Part shown: positions 1 to 13,755 of the stretch, piece after piece | How positions within the stretch are numbered: position 1 is the first letter of the stretch | Layout: each line of letters starts with the position of its first letter | Source of the DNA: Anaeramoeba ignava BMAN | Lineage: Eukaryota > Protista > Anaeramoebae | Assembly (NCBI GenBank): GCA_028826165.1 | Contig: JAPDFW010000082.1 | Location: 186,001-250,000 of the forward strand | Direction of reading: 5' to 3' | DNA: 64,000 nt | The notes under the pieces: model-generated | Seen by the model: only the letters and a program-made list of their open reading frames with translations | The model's database searches: none | What the model was told of the DNA's origin: nothing | Program-made: the position numbers and the translations under genes

Positions 1-318
1 AATAATTTTGAAAATATAAAATCAATTCGAATTACAAAACCTAAAGCAAACACAAACACAAACATAAATATAAACACGAATTCAAACACAAACACAAACA
101 CAAATTTAAATTTAAATATTAATTCAAATTTAAATTCAAATTTAAATATAAATACTAATTCAAATTATAATTCAAATTATAATCCAAATTCAAATTATAA
201 TTTTATTGCAAATAAAATTTCAAAATCGAATTGTAATTTAGATTTAAATCTAGAATTCAGTCCAAATATCAAAAAACCTTTGTTATTTAATAAAACTCCC
301 TTATTTTTAAGGGATTGA
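1..318 (+). CDS. 3' end of a gene entering from the left edge; Asn-rich low-complexity C-terminus
   Basis: Frame 1 is open from position 1 (NNFENIKSIRITKPKANTNTN...KKPLLFNKTPLFLRD) to TGA at 316-318. Confidence 0.6.
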   Translation, partial: NNFENIKSIRITKPKANTNTNININTNSNTNTNTNLNLNINSNLNSNLNINTNSNYNSNYNPNSNYNFIANKISKSNCNLDLNLEFSPNIKKPLLFNKTPLFLRD

Positions 319-547
319 ACAAAATATGAAAAAAAAATTTATTTTTGTTTTAGATTTATTTTCTTTTTTAAAAAAAAATTCAAAATAAAAATTAAATTCA
401 AATTGTTTTTAATTAATTTTTTAAATTATTTATTTGAAATGAAAATCCACTTTTTATTATTATTTACAATTTTTTTTTCCTTTTTTTCCTTTTTTTCCTT
501 TTTCATTTTTTTCATTTTTTTCATTTTTTTTTTATCATTTTATTTAA

Positions 548-874
548 ATGAATCAAAAACAACAAAAAGTCTCATACAAAGAGCAAAGAAAACAAAAAGA
601 AAGTTTACTTGCTGAAGAAAGAAAAAAATGGGTTATTTTTTTTGCAAAACGGTTAATGACTAATCAAGACCAATCAACAAATTTATTTGATCCAAATTAT
701 CAATTTCAAAATACTACAAATTTTTCTAATAATTATTATTATGATCCAAATCAAAATCAGTCATTTAATCCAAATCAAAATCAAAATCAATTTCAAAAAT
801 CCAAATATAAATCAAAATCAATTTCAAAATCAAAATCAAATCAAAATCAAAATCAATTTCAAAATCAAAATTAA
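548..874 (+). CDS. Hypothetical protein whose unique N-terminus runs into an NQFQNQ-coding repeat; true 3' end uncertain
   Basis: ATG 548 follows TCATTTT motifs and gives about 70 aa of complex sequence (MNQKQQKVSYKEQRKQKESLLAEERKKWVIFFAKRL...). The downstream repeat has many frame breaks. Confidence 0.4.
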   Translation: MNQKQQKVSYKEQRKQKESLLAEERKKWVIFFAKRLMTNQDQSTNLFDPNYQFQNTTNFSNNYYYDPNQNQSFNPNQNQNQFQKSKYKSKSISKSKSNQNQNQFQNQN

Positions 875-2210
875 AATTAATTTCAAAATCAATTTCAAAA
901 TCAAAATCAATTTCAAAATCAATTTCAAAATCAAAATCCAAATCAAAATCAAAATCAAAATCAATTTCAAAATCAATTTAAAAATCAAAATCAATTTCAA
1001 AATTTAAATTAAATTCAAAATCAATTTAAAAATCAAAATCAATTTCAAAATTTAAATCAATTTCAAAATCAATTTCAAAATCAAATCCAAATCAAAATCA
1101 AAATCAAAATCAAAATCAATTTCAAAATCAAAATCAAAATCAATTTCAAAATCAAAATCAATTTCAAAATCAATTTAAAAATCAAAATCAATTTCAAAAT
1201 CAAAATTAAAATTAATTTCAAAATCAATTTCAAAATCAATTTCAAAATCAATTTCAAAATCAATTTCAAAAATCAATTCAAAAATCAATTCAAAATCAAT
1301 TTCAAAATCAATTTCAAAATCAAAATCAATTTCAAATTCAAAATACAAAATTAATTTCAAAATCAAAAATCAATTTCAAAATCAAAATCAATTTCAAAAT
1401 CAAAATCAAAATTAATTTCAAAATCAAAAATCAATTTCAAAATTTAAATCAAATTCAAAATATAAATCAATTTCAAAATAAATTTCAAATACAAAATCAA
1501 TTTAAAAATCAATTTCAAAATCAAAATCAAAATCAAAATCAAAATCAATTTCAAAATCAAAATTAAAATTAATTTCAAAATCAATTTCAAAATCAATTTA
1601 AAAATAAATTCAAAATCAATTCCAAAATAGAAATCAATTTCAAAATTAAATTTCAAAATCAATTTAAAAATCAATTCAAAATCAATTTCAAAATTAATTT
1701 CAAAATCAAAAATCAATTTCAAAATCAAATCAATTTCAAAATCAAAATTTCAAAAATACAAAAATTAATTTCAAAATCAAAAATCAATTTCAAAATCAAA
1801 TTTAAATCAATTTCAAAATCAATTTCAAAATCAAAAATCAATTTAAAATCAATTTCAAAATCAATTTCAAAATCTCAATTTCAAAATTAAATATAAATTA
1901 AAATGATAAATCAATTTCAAAATCAAAATCAAAATACAAAATTAATTTCAATTTCAATTTCAATTTCAAAATTTAAATCAAATTCAAAATACAAAATCAA
2001 TTTCAAAATAAATTTAAAAATCAAAATCAAAATCAAAATCAAAATTAATTCCAAAATTAAAATAAAAATCAATTTCAAAATCAAAATACAAAATTAATTT
2101 AAAAATCAATTTAAAAATCAATTTCAAAATCAAAATCAAAATCAAAATCAATTTCAAAATCCAAATCAAAATCAATTTCAAAATTTAAATCAATTTCAAT
2201 TTCAAAATTA
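770..2210 (+). repeat. Degenerate AATCAATTTCAA / AAAATC tandem repeat
   Basis: 6/12/18-bp periodic units are directly visible. Confidence 0.9.
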
Positions 2211-2487
2211 AAATGGAAAAAAAAATGATAAACAAAAATTGCTTTTTTTTGTTTTGTTTTAATCAAAAAATAATTTAGATTTTGTTTTGGATTATTTTTT
2301 TTATTTTTTTTAATTGAAAAAAAAAAAGGAGAAATAAAATAAAATAAACAAAAAGAAAAAAGGGGAATAAAATTCAAGAACAACAAATTCAAAAAAAAAA
2401 GAAAAAAACATCAAAAATCATTTTTTTTTTAATTTGTTTCTTTTTTTTTTTTAATTAAATTTAAAATTAAATCAAAATTAAATCAAA

Positions 2488-5340
2488 ATGGGAAGAACAG
2501 GAGGAAGAAGTCATGGAAGAAGTCATGGAAGAAGTCATGCAAGAAGTTCTGGATTTAGAAGTCATGCAAGAAGTTCAGGAATAAGAAGCTCAGGAATAAG
2601 AAGTTCAACAACAAGAAGATCAGGAATAGGAACTACAAGAAGAACCGCATTCGGTACAAGTTCAACTTCACATCGTTATCATCATTCAAGTACAAGTTCA
2701 AGAAGAAAACGGCATGTAACTTCACTTTCAAGAAGATCAGGTTTTACAACTACTTTTAGTTCAACAAAAAAACCAATAAGTCATTCAAGTAATTCAAATC
2801 AGTTAAGATTATTTACTTCAACTACTTCAACTACTTCAAATACTTCAAATACTCCAAATATAACTTTATTTTCAAACTCAAATTCAATTTCAAACACAAA
2901 TACTTCTCAAGTTAATACAAATCCTGACCTTTTAGAAGAATATAGTCGTATTTCTTATAGTTATTTGGATCCTACAACAAAAAATATTGTTATTGAATTG
3001 AAACCTCCAAGAATTTTATATTATAAAATTGTCCAATTCAGATTGCAACAACAACAAAATCAACAACAAATTCAACCTCAACAAATTTTTAATCCTTTGA
3101 CTGGTGTTTTTGAGACTATAAACATGGGCGTTCAACAGCCTCAATTCCAACAACAACCACCTCAATATCAGCAACCACCTCAATATCAACAACCTCAAGA
3201 ACAATTCCAACAACCTCCACCTCAATATCAACAGCCTCCGCCTCAATATCAACAACCTCAAGAACAATTTCAATTTAAATCTCCTCAAAAAAATATTCAA
3301 GACATGACCCAAGAAGAATTCTTAAAATATCAAGAAGAACGTCAACGTGAAATTCAAAAAACAAGAGAAAAGCAACAAATCGAAAATGAGAAACAAAAAC
3401 AACAAGAACAGCAAAATATGCAACAAAATCAATTTAATTTTGAAACAAAACCATTTGGACAAGAATCACAACCAAATTATGCTTTTGATTTCACAAACAA
3501 TAAACCAACTTATAATTCTATTCCACAAAATAATCCTGTTAAACCTCCATTACAACCTCCACAACCTCAATTCCAACCTCCAAAACCTCCATTACAACCT
3601 CCACAACCTCAATTCCAACCTCCAAAACCTCCATTTCAACCTCAACAACCTCAATTTCAACCTCAACAACCTCAATTTCAACCTCAACAACCTCAATTCC
3701 AACCTCAACAACCTCAATTTCAACCTCAACAATCTAATGATAGTATTTCTCAAGATCCAGAAATTGATAATTGTCTTAAATTTATTACAACAGCAAATAT
3801 TGTTGTTCAAAATGGATCTGGTTTTTTTACAGAAGCGAAAAAGAGTTATTTCAATGTATTTTATTAAAATTGATTTAAAAATTGATTTAAATATTGATTT
3901 AAATATTTAATTAAAAATTGATTTAAAAATTGATTTAAAAATTGATTTAAATATTTATTTAAAAATTGATTTAAAAATTGATTTAAAAATTTATTTAAAT
4001 ATTGACTTAAATATTTATTTAAAAATTGATTTAAAAATTTATTTAAAAATTGATTTAAATATTGATTTAAATATTGAATTAAATATTGATTTAAATATTG
4101 ATTTAAAAATTGATTTAAAAATTGAATTAAATATTGATTTAAAAATTGATTTAAATATTGATTTAAATATTTATTTAAAAATTTATTTAAATATTTATTT
4201 AAAAATTGATTTAAAAATTTATTTAAAAATTTAATTAAAAATTTATTTAAAAATTGATTTAAAAATTTATTTAAAAATTTATTTAAAAATTTATTTAAAA
4301 ATTGATTTAAAAATTGATTTAAATATTTGATTTAAAAATTTATTTAAAAATTGATTTAAAAATTGATTTAAATATTTATTTAAAAATTGATTTAAATATT
4401 GATTTAAATATTGATTTAAATATTGATTTAAATATTGATTTAAAAATTTATTTAAAAATTGATTTAAAAATTGATTTAAAAATTGATTTAAATATTTATT
4501 TAAAAATTTATTTAAAAATTTATTTAAAAATTTATTTAAAAATTGATTTAAATATTGATTTAAAAATTTATTTAAAAATTGACTTAAATATTTATTTAAA
4601 AATTGATTTAAAAATTGACTTAAATATTTATTTAAAAATTGATTTAAAAATTGATTTAAAATTGATTTAAATATTTATTTAAATATTTATTTAAAAATTG
4701 ATTTAAATATTTATTTAAATATTTATTTAAATATTGATTTAAAAATTGATTTAAATATTGATTTAAAAATTGAATTAAAAATTTATTTAAAAATTGATTT
4801 AAATATTTATTTAAAAATTTATTTAAAAATTGACTTAAATATTTATTTAAAAATTGATTTAAATATTGATTTAAAAATTGATTTAAAAATTGATTTAAAA
4901 ATTGATTTAAAAATTGATTTAAAAATTGATTTAAATATTGACTTAAAAATTTATTTAAAAATTTATTTAAAAATTGATTTAAAAATTTATTTTCTTCAAA
5001 GATCTTTTTAGTTACAAGGGATTCTGATGATCCAACATGGTTAGTTCGTTCAGCAAAATATAATGCAATGAAAGAACCAACTTGGAATATGTCAGTAGTA
5101 ACAAAAATTTCAGGATCATTTAGTGATGAAGTTTTATTATTTGAAATGATGAAACCAAATATTTTTTCTAAAGATGAATTAGTTGGAGCTTTTGAAATTC
5201 CATTAACACGACAATCAATAGGACAACAAGAAAATCTACAGTTATCATTAACAGAAGGACAAGTAAATTGTACGATTTTAATCACACAAGCAGAAGTTCC
5301 TCAAAATCAAAACCAAGCACAACTTTGCACTATTTTTTAA
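2488..5340 (+). CDS. PY-motif / C2-domain / CaaX protein, paralogue A (exons 2488-3855, 5002-5340)
   Basis: Intron GTATTT 3856 to AAG 5001 joins KSYFN|IFLVTRD in frame. C2 signature W-N...FSKDELVGAFEIPL; four PPQY motifs; ends CTIF*. Confidence 0.8.
3865..4990 (+). repeat. Intronic 12-bp satellite (ATTGATTTAAAA variants)
   Basis: Directly visible; fills the intron of paralogue A. Confidence 0.95.
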
Positions 5341-5349
5341 AAAAAAGTG

Positions 5350-5680
5350 CAATTTCCTTATTTCCTTTTATTCTCTTTTATTCTCTTTTATTTCCTTTTA
5401 TTTCCTTTTATTCTCTTTTATTCTCTTTTATTTCCTTTTATTCTCTTTTTATTTCTTTTTATTTGCTTTTATTTCCTTTTATTTCCTTTTATTTCCTTTT
5501 TATTTGCTTTTATTTCCTTTTTATTTCCTTTTATTTCCTTTTATTTCCTTTTATTTCCTTTTATTTCCTTATTTTCTTTTATTCTCTTTTATTCTCTTTT
5601 TATTTCCTTTTATTTTCTTTTATTTCCTTTTTATTTGCTTTTGTTCTCTTTTTATTTTATTTTCTTTTATTCTATTCTTT
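5350..5680 (+). repeat. Pyrimidine-rich TTTTATTTCC-type repeat downstream of paralogue A
   Basis: 9-11-bp units are directly visible. Confidence 0.85.
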
Positions 5681-5821
5681 CTACACTCAAATCAAAATCA
5701 TTAAAAAGACGAATTCTTTTTTAATTTTTAATTTTAATTTTTAATTTTTAATTTGGATTTTCATTTTTCATTTTGATTATTTTATCTTATTTTTTAAACA
5801 CAAAAATAATATTCAATTAAT

Positions 5822-8081
5822 ATGCTTTTAAGAAGAGCTGGACCAAGAGCAATTACAATTCAAAACAGAATCAAAAGTTCCGTTCTTAGAGGCAATCAAA
5901 TAGTTGTATTTTTAAACCCACCAAAAAAAATACAAGGCAAGTTAATTGAGTATAAAAAACAACAACAACCACAAAAAGAGCAAGAACAATTACAACGGCG
6001 AGTTGGTTTACAACAACAAGCAATGTTGATGGCAAACACACAACCAACAAATATCAACGAACAATTCGAACTTGGAAAGAAAATAATATCACAAAATCCA
6101 AATATACCAAAAAGACAACAGATCCTAATGCAAAAGCAACTAGAAAGAGCACAAATGAAAGAAGCAAAAACAGGAGAAATGAGCAAACAATTTGAACAGA
6201 TGAAACAAATGATGGAAACACCTCAAATGCAACAACAATTTGAACAGATGAGACAAATGATGGAAACACCCCAAATGCAGCAACAATTTGAACAGATGAG
6301 ACAAATGATGGAAACACCTCAAATGCAACAACAATTTGAACAGATGAGACAAATGATGGACTCTCCACAAATGCAACAAAATTTTGCTAATATGAGAGAA
6401 CAATTGAATACTTTGCCGAATAATAACCCCCAAACAGAAGAACAAAAACGTCAGCGAGTGGAGCAACTTCAAGCACAATTAACAGGTCAACAAACAGTTT
6501 TCCAAAAGCAAATGAGCACCCAACCAAGTTATACTACTCAAACACAAACCTACACAACAACATTCCAACAACAACAACCTCAACAACAACAACAACAACA
6601 AACAAACTATTCTTTTCAATCAAATCCTCCTGATTATACAACTGATTTACCAAATTATACAACTTCTTATGAACAACCTAAACAAACAAACTATTCTTTT
6701 CAATCAAATCCTCCTGATTATACAAGTCAACCTCCTGATTATACAAATTCATATCAGCAGCAATCTTTTCAACAACCTCAGCAATTTCAACAACAACCTC
6801 CTGATTATTCTACTCAATCTCAACAAAATACTTTGAGTGATAAAAATATAGATCCTCAAGTTGATCTTTTTATGAAATTCCAAACAAAATTGCAACTTAT
6901 AATTGCTAATGGATCTGGACTTATGACTTCTTCAAGTAAAACATATTTCAAGGTATAAATTTAAATCAAAATCAAAATTAAAATTAAAATTAGAATTAAA
7001 TTCAAAATCAAAATCAAAATCAAAATCAAAATCAAAATTAAAATAAATCAAATTCAAAATCAAAATCAAAATTAAAATCAAAATTAAAATCAAAATCAAA
7101 ATCAAAATCAAAATCAAAATTAAAATCAAAATCAAAATCAAAATCAAAATCAAAATCAAAATCAAAATTAAAATCAAAATCAAAATTAAAATAAAAATCA
7201 AAATAAAAATCAAAATTTAAATTAAAATTAAAATTAAAATTAAAATCAAAATCAAAATCAAAATCAAAATCAAAATCAAAATCAAAATTAAAATCAAAAT
7301 CAAAATCAAAATCAAAATTAAAATCAAAATCAAAATCAAAATCTAAATTAAAATAAAAATCAAAATTAAAATCAAAATTTAAATCAAAATCAAAATCAAA
7401 ATCAAAATCAAAATCAAAATTAAAATTAAAATTAAAATCAAAATCAAATTCAAAATCAAAATCAAAATTCAAAATCAAAATCAAAATCAAAATCAAAATC
7501 AAAATCAAAATCAAAATCTAAATTAAAATCAAAATCAAAATTAAAATCAAAATCTAAATTAAAATCAAAATCAAAATTAAAATCAAAATCAAAATCAAAA
7601 TCTAAAATTAAAATTTAAATCAAAATCAAAATCAAAATCAAAATTAAAATTAAAATCAAAATCAAAATCAAAATTAAAATTAAAATTAAAATTAAAATCA
7701 ATAAAATTAAAATCAAAATCAAAATCAAAATCAAAATCAAAATCAAATATTTAGGTTTTCTTAATAAGTGAAGACTCGACAGAACCAGAATTTATTATTC
7801 AAACAGATAAATTTAAATCAATGAAAGATCCAAGTTGGGATTTAGAAACTCTTGTTACAATTCCAGGAGATTTTACAGATGAAATTTTCCAGTTCGAAGT
7901 AATGAAAGCAAAATCATTTGGAAAAGATCAATTATTAGGAGCATTTCAAATTGCCTTAAAAACTGATGTTAAAAACAGTCAAATTGAAAGAAAAATTTCA
8001 TGTGGAAATGGAACAGTTTTTTGCAAATGGATAATTCAAACAGAAGAAGCTCCACAACAACAAAATTGCAGAATTTTCTAA
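5822..8081 (+). CDS. PY-motif / C2-domain / CaaX protein, paralogue B (exons 5822-6952, 7755-8081)
   Basis: Intron GTATAA 6953 to TAG 7754 joins TYFK|VFLISED. Four QFEQM(K/R)QMM repeats, PPDY/LPNY motifs, C2 signature, ends CRIF*. Confidence 0.8.
6960..7748 (+). repeat. Intronic AAAATC/AAAATT hexamer satellite
   Basis: Directly visible. Confidence 0.95.
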
Positions 8082-8256
8082 AAGAAAAAAAAGAAATCTT
8101 CATTTTAATTTATTTCTTTTTTTTTAATTTCTAATTTTTAATTTTCCAAAAAAAAAAAACAATTCAAAAAGTCAAATTGAATCAACCAAAATCAAAAACA
8201 AATTTTTTCATTTTTTTTTTCATTTTTCTTCAATTCAAATTTTTTCTTTTTCTTTT

Positions 8257-10226
8257 ATGAAAAAACTTTTTTCAAAATCAAATTCAAAATCAAAATCAAA
8301 TTCAAAATCAAATTCAAAATCAAATTCAAAATATCAAAATCAAAATCAAAATATAAATCAAAATCAAATAATCCAAATTTAAAAGAAACTTATAAATCCT
8401 TTTTTGCTAAAAATCCTGATTCTTTCGTTTATAATCCTCGTGTTTTAAATGCATGGAGAAAATCAAAAACAAATCAAATTTTTATTCGATTAAATCCAGT
8501 TAAAAATAATTTATCCAGTTTATTTCAAGCACATCATAAACTGAAAAATGAAAATCAATCAGAAAACCAAAACCAATTTAAATCAATCGGTTTGTTTGAA
8601 TTACATAAGCAACTCAAACAAGAAAATCAATTTGGAAACGGTGGAAACAATTCATCAAAAAACCAAATACTTAAACTTAAATTAGAGCAATTAAGAAAAG
8701 CTAGGGAAAAAGAAGTATTAGAAAAAAAGAATCAATCTAATTCAAATCAATTTGGAAATGATGAAAAAGATTCACCAAAAAGAAAATCATTTAAAAATAA
8801 GTTAAAAGAATTGAGAAATATTAAGAAACAACAATTACTAGAAAGAAAGAATCAATCTAATCCAAATCAATTTGAGAATGGAGAACAAGTACCAAAAAGA
8901 AAATCATTTAAAAATAAGTTAAAGGAATTGAGAAATATTAAGAAACAGGAATTATTAGAAAGAAAGAATCAATCTAATTCAAATCAATTTGGAAATGATG
9001 AAAAAGATTCACCAAAAAGAAAATCATTTAAAAATAAGTTAAAAGAATTGAGAAATATTAAGAAACAGGAATTATTAGAAAGAAAGAATCAATCTAATTC
9101 AAATCAATTTGAGAATGGAGAACAAGTACCAAAAAGAAAATCATTTAAAAATAAGTTAAAAGAATTGAGAAAAGCTAGGGAAAAAGAAGTATTAGAAAAA
9201 GAAAATCAAAACCCAAAAAAATATGATGGAAACGAAAATAAGGAAACCTTTCAATTTGAAAATCAATTAGATTCACATAATTTACAAAATTTTGGTTTGG
9301 ATCCAAATATCACATCTAATGATTTAAATCAATATCCTATTGGTCCTATATCACTTGAACAGACTTTGGAACAACAAAATCAACAAAGTTTACAACAAGA
9401 AATAACTTACACAAGCAACTCACAAAATTACATTAATGATTTTCAAGGCTATATGAATACTTTTGACCAACCTAAACAAACAAGCTATCTAAATCAATCA
9501 ATCAATTCTCAAAATCATTCATTTCATCAGCCAACAAATTTAAACTCTCCTCAAAAAGATAACCGCAGCATTGAATCGCAAAATCAAATTTTTCAATATG
9601 ACTTGGTGAATTCCTCTTCACTTTTCGAACAAACTCAACAAAATATTTTCCAACAAGAATCACCATCACTTTTTTCAGATTCTCTTTCATTGTTCCAAAA
9701 TACTGAAGAAAAAACAAATATTACACAACCAACTTTTACATTTGATGAAAGTTTTGGAGTTAGAACAGAAACAATAATGAATTTATTAATCATTTTTGAT
9801 AAAGATTTAATGGATATTCGACAAAATACACAATTTAAGGTAAATTAAATGAATAAATTAAATCAACAAATCAAATTTTAATATTTCGGAAACTTGAAGT
9901 TTTCACTAGTTTCACAAATAACAGGTCAAAAAGGGTTTCTTATTAACTCAAAGAAATTTAAGCAATTTAAAGAATCGAATTTGGATTTAAGTGTTGAAAT
10001 ATCAATTCCTGGTGATTTTATTGATGAAATTTTAAGTATTACTTTTATTGGATTTATGGACATAACCTTTCAAGAAGAATTGGGAGAAATCCAAATTCCA
10101 CTCAAAACTGAAACAAAGAACATTCAAATAGAAAGAGAATTTACAATTTCAAGAAGTAAAGTAATTTGTAAATGGATCACAGAAACAAAAGAAATCCCAA
10201 TTTTATTGGATTTTGAAATGGTTTAA
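8257..10226 (+). CDS. Divergent C2-domain paralogue C with no PY motifs or CaaX; probable frameshift near 8330 (intron 9840-9899)
   Basis: The frame upstream of ORF 8592 encodes PRVLNAWRKSKTNQIFIRLNP, homologous to the family N-terminal motif. The nearest ATG (8257) is in another frame. Same intron position (TQFK|FSLVSQ). Internal ~36-39-aa PKRKSFKNKLKELR repeats. Confidence 0.6.
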
Positions 10227-10355
10227 ACACAATATTTACATTTTAAAATTACTGGATAATATTTCCAAAATAAAATAAAAAATAAAATAAAATAAACTTT
10301 CCATTTTTTTTCTATTTTTGCTTTTTTCATTTTTTTTTTTCACCTTTCTAATAAA

Positions 10356-11699
10356 ATGGCTTTCAGAAAAGAAACACCAAAACATCCTCGATTAGGGCCT
10401 GCATGGACTGATACAATAACTAGAAAGATTCAAATTCCATTATATCAACCTGAACCATTAAAATCTAAAGTTTATAATTTCAGTGTTCAAAGAAGACAAC
10501 AACTAAACCAACAAAGAAGAGAAGAACAATTAGCACAACAAGAAACAGTAACAGCTCAGCAAAACCTTCCACAAATAATTACAAATGTTCAAACAAATCC
10601 TCAACAAAACAGAGTTGGATTAAACAGTCTATTTGCAAAAAGAACAAACCAAAATCCAATTCAAATTCAAAATCAAATTCAAATTCAAAATAACAACTTC
10701 CAACAACAAAATCAAATTCAATCACAAACCGAAGAAGAAAAAAAAAGGATGGAATATTTACAAATGAAATTAGGAAAAAATCAAGATACACAAGGAATAC
10801 AACAAACAAATTATTCATTTGAATCAAATCCACCTGATTATACAAGTGATTTAACAAATTATACAAATTCATATCAACAACAACCACAACAAACAAATTA
10901 TACATTTGAATCAAATCCACCTGATTATACAAATGAACCACCAAATTATACATCTTTATATCAACAACAACCTCAACAACCCAAACAAACAAATTATTCA
11001 TTTGAATCAAATCCACCTGATTATACAACCTCATATCAACAACAACAACAACCACAAATCAATTTTCAACAACAAATCAACTTTCAACAACAACAAGTTA
11101 ATTTACAACAAACACAAATTCAAACTTCCTTTTCTCAAGAAAATACAAATTCTGGAAATGAAAATATATTAAGAGAACCTGTTTGTGATGATCCACAAGT
11201 TGATTTTTGTTATAGATTTCACACAGTTATGAATCTTATGATTGAAAAAGGAATTGGAATTTCAGATTCATCTTCAAAAACTTATTTTAAAGTAAATTAA
11301 TTTCAAATTTAAATTTTATAAAATAATTTTATTTAAAAAAATTAATTTAATCTTTAATATATTTTTTAGTTCTTCTTACTTGCTCCAGAAATAAAACAAC
11401 CTGAATTTATTATCAAATCTGAAAGTTATAAATCAATGAAAAACCTTATTTGGAATTTGGAAGTTGAAATTACAATTTTAGGAGATTTTACTAATGAAAT
11501 TCTTCAAATTGAAATTATGAAACAAAACACTTTTTCAAAAGATGTATTTCTTGGAGCTTTTCAAATTCCATTAAAAGCAACTTCTAAAAATCAAGAAATT
11601 CAACAAGAAATCCCATTAACAAAAGGAAAAGTAACTTGTAAATGGTTAGTTCAAACAAAACCAAATCCTGAAAAAAAAGAACAGTGCAGGATTTTCTAA
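10356..11699 (+). CDS. PY-motif / C2-domain / CaaX protein, paralogue D (exons 10356-11291, 11370-11699)
   Basis: 78-nt GT-AG intron joins TYFK|FFLLAPE; TNYSFESNPPDY repeats; ends CRIF*. Confidence 0.85.
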
Positions 11700-11997
11700 A
11701 GAATCAAAAAACAAAAAAGAACAAATTTTAATTTATATTTTATTTTTGTTTTTTGATTATTTTTGATCCACTTTTTTATTTTAATCATAAAACAAAAGAA
11801 AAAAAAATCAAAGGAAACTGAAGGAAAACTTTTAATTCTTTCTTTCTTTCTTTCCAAACTTTTCTTTCTTTAAAAAAAAATAATTCTTCTTTTCATTTGA
11901 TGTTCACAATTTTCTTTTCAATTTTTTTTTAAATTAAAAAAAAAAAAGCAAAAAAAATCATTTTTCATTTTTCATTTTTTTTCACCTTTCTAATAAA

Positions 11998-13449
11998 ATG
12001 GCTTTATCAAAGAAACAAATAGAAGAAAATCCTCGACTAGGACCTGTATGGAGTGATAAAAATACTAAAGGTGTTCATATTCGATTAAATCAACCTGAAC
12101 CATTAAAATCCAAATTTACTGAATTTAGCACTCAAAGAAGAAAAGAACTAAATCAACAAAGAAGAGAAGAAAGATTAGCACGACAAGAAACAAAAACAGC
12201 AGAACAAAACCTTCCACAAATAATTACAAATGTTCAAACAAATCCTCAACAAAACAGAGTTGGACTAACCAATCTATTTGCAAAAAAACAAAATCAAAAT
12301 CCAATTCAAATTCAAAATCAAAATCCAATTCAAATTCAAAATAACAACTTCCAACAACAAAATCAAATTCAATCACAAACCGAAGAAGAAAAGAAAAGAA
12401 TGGAATATTTACAAATGAAATTAGGAAAAAATCAAGATACACAAGGAATACAACAAACAAATTATACAAGTGATTTACCAAATTATACAAATTCATATCA
12501 ACAACAACCTCAACAACCTCAACAAACAAATTATTCATTTGAATCAAATCCACCTGATTATACAAGTGATTTACCAAATTATACATCTTTATATCAACAA
12601 CAACCTCAACAAACAAATTATTCATTTGAATCAAATCCACCTGATTATACAAATGATTTACCAAATTACACAAATTCATATCAACAACAACCTCAACAAC
12701 CCAAACAAACAAATTATTCATTTGAATCAAATCCACCTGATTATACAACCTCATATCAACAACAACCACAACAACCACAAATTAATTTTCAACAAAACCC
12801 TCAACAACAAATTAATTTTCAACAACAAATCAACTTTCAACAACAACAAGTTAATTTACAACAACCACAAATTCAAACTTCCTTTTCTCAAGAAAATACA
12901 AATTCTGGAAATGAAAATATATTAAGAGAACCTGTTTGTGATGATCCACAAGTTGATTTTTGTTATAGATTTCAAACAGTTATGAATCTTATGATTGAAA
13001 AAGGAATTGGAATTTCAGATTCATCTTCAAAAACTTATTTTAAAGTAAATCAATTCCAAATTTAAATTTTATAAAATAATTTTATTGAAAAAAATTAATT
13101 TAATCTTTAATATATTTTTTAGTTCTTCTTACTTACTCCAGAAATAAAACAACCTGCATTTATTATTAAATCTGAAAGTTATAAATCAATGAAAAACCTT
13201 ATTTGGAATTTGGAAGTTGAAATTACAATTAGAGGAGATTTTACTAATGAAATCATCCAAATTGAAATTATGAAACAAAACACTTTTTCAAAAGATGTAT
13301 TTCTTGGAGCTTTTCAAATTCCATTAAAAACAACTTCCAAAAATCAAGAAATTCAACAAGAAATCCCATTAACAAAAGGAAAAGTAACTTGTAAATGGTT
13401 AGTTCAAACAAAACCAGTTCCTGAAAAAAAAGGATGCACAATTTTCTAA
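11998..13449 (+). CDS. PY-motif / C2-domain / CaaX protein, paralogue E (exons 11998-13044, 13123-13449)
   Basis: 78-nt intron; C2 exon near-identical to D and F; ends KKGCTIF*. Confidence 0.85.
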
Positions 13450-13755
13450 AAGAACCAAAAAACAAAAAAGAACAAACTTTGATTCATAATTTATTTTTGT
13501 TTTTTGATTATTTTTGATCCACTTTTTTATTTTAATCATAAAACAAAAGAAAACAAAACGAAAATAAAAGAAAACTGAAAGAAAACTTTTCTTTCTTTCT
13601 TTCTTTCTTTCCAAAATTTAATTCTTTAAAAAAAAATAATTCTTCTTTTCATTTGATGTTCACAATTTTCTTTTCAATTTTTTTTTAAATTAAAAAAAAA
13701 AAAGCAAAAAAAAATCATTTTTCATTTTTCATTTTTTTTTCACCTTTCTAATAAA

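Noticed and set aside
687-2392. ORFs of poly-IK/IL/FD type, here and at 6932-7514, 18279-18573, 22125-22419, 40402-40614 and 57324-57563
   Set aside because: They are translations of hexamer or 12-mer satellites in introns and spacers, with no complex sequence.
4656-5285. 209-aa minus-strand ORF
   Set aside because: Antisense to the C2 exon plus the intron satellite (NQFL repeats).
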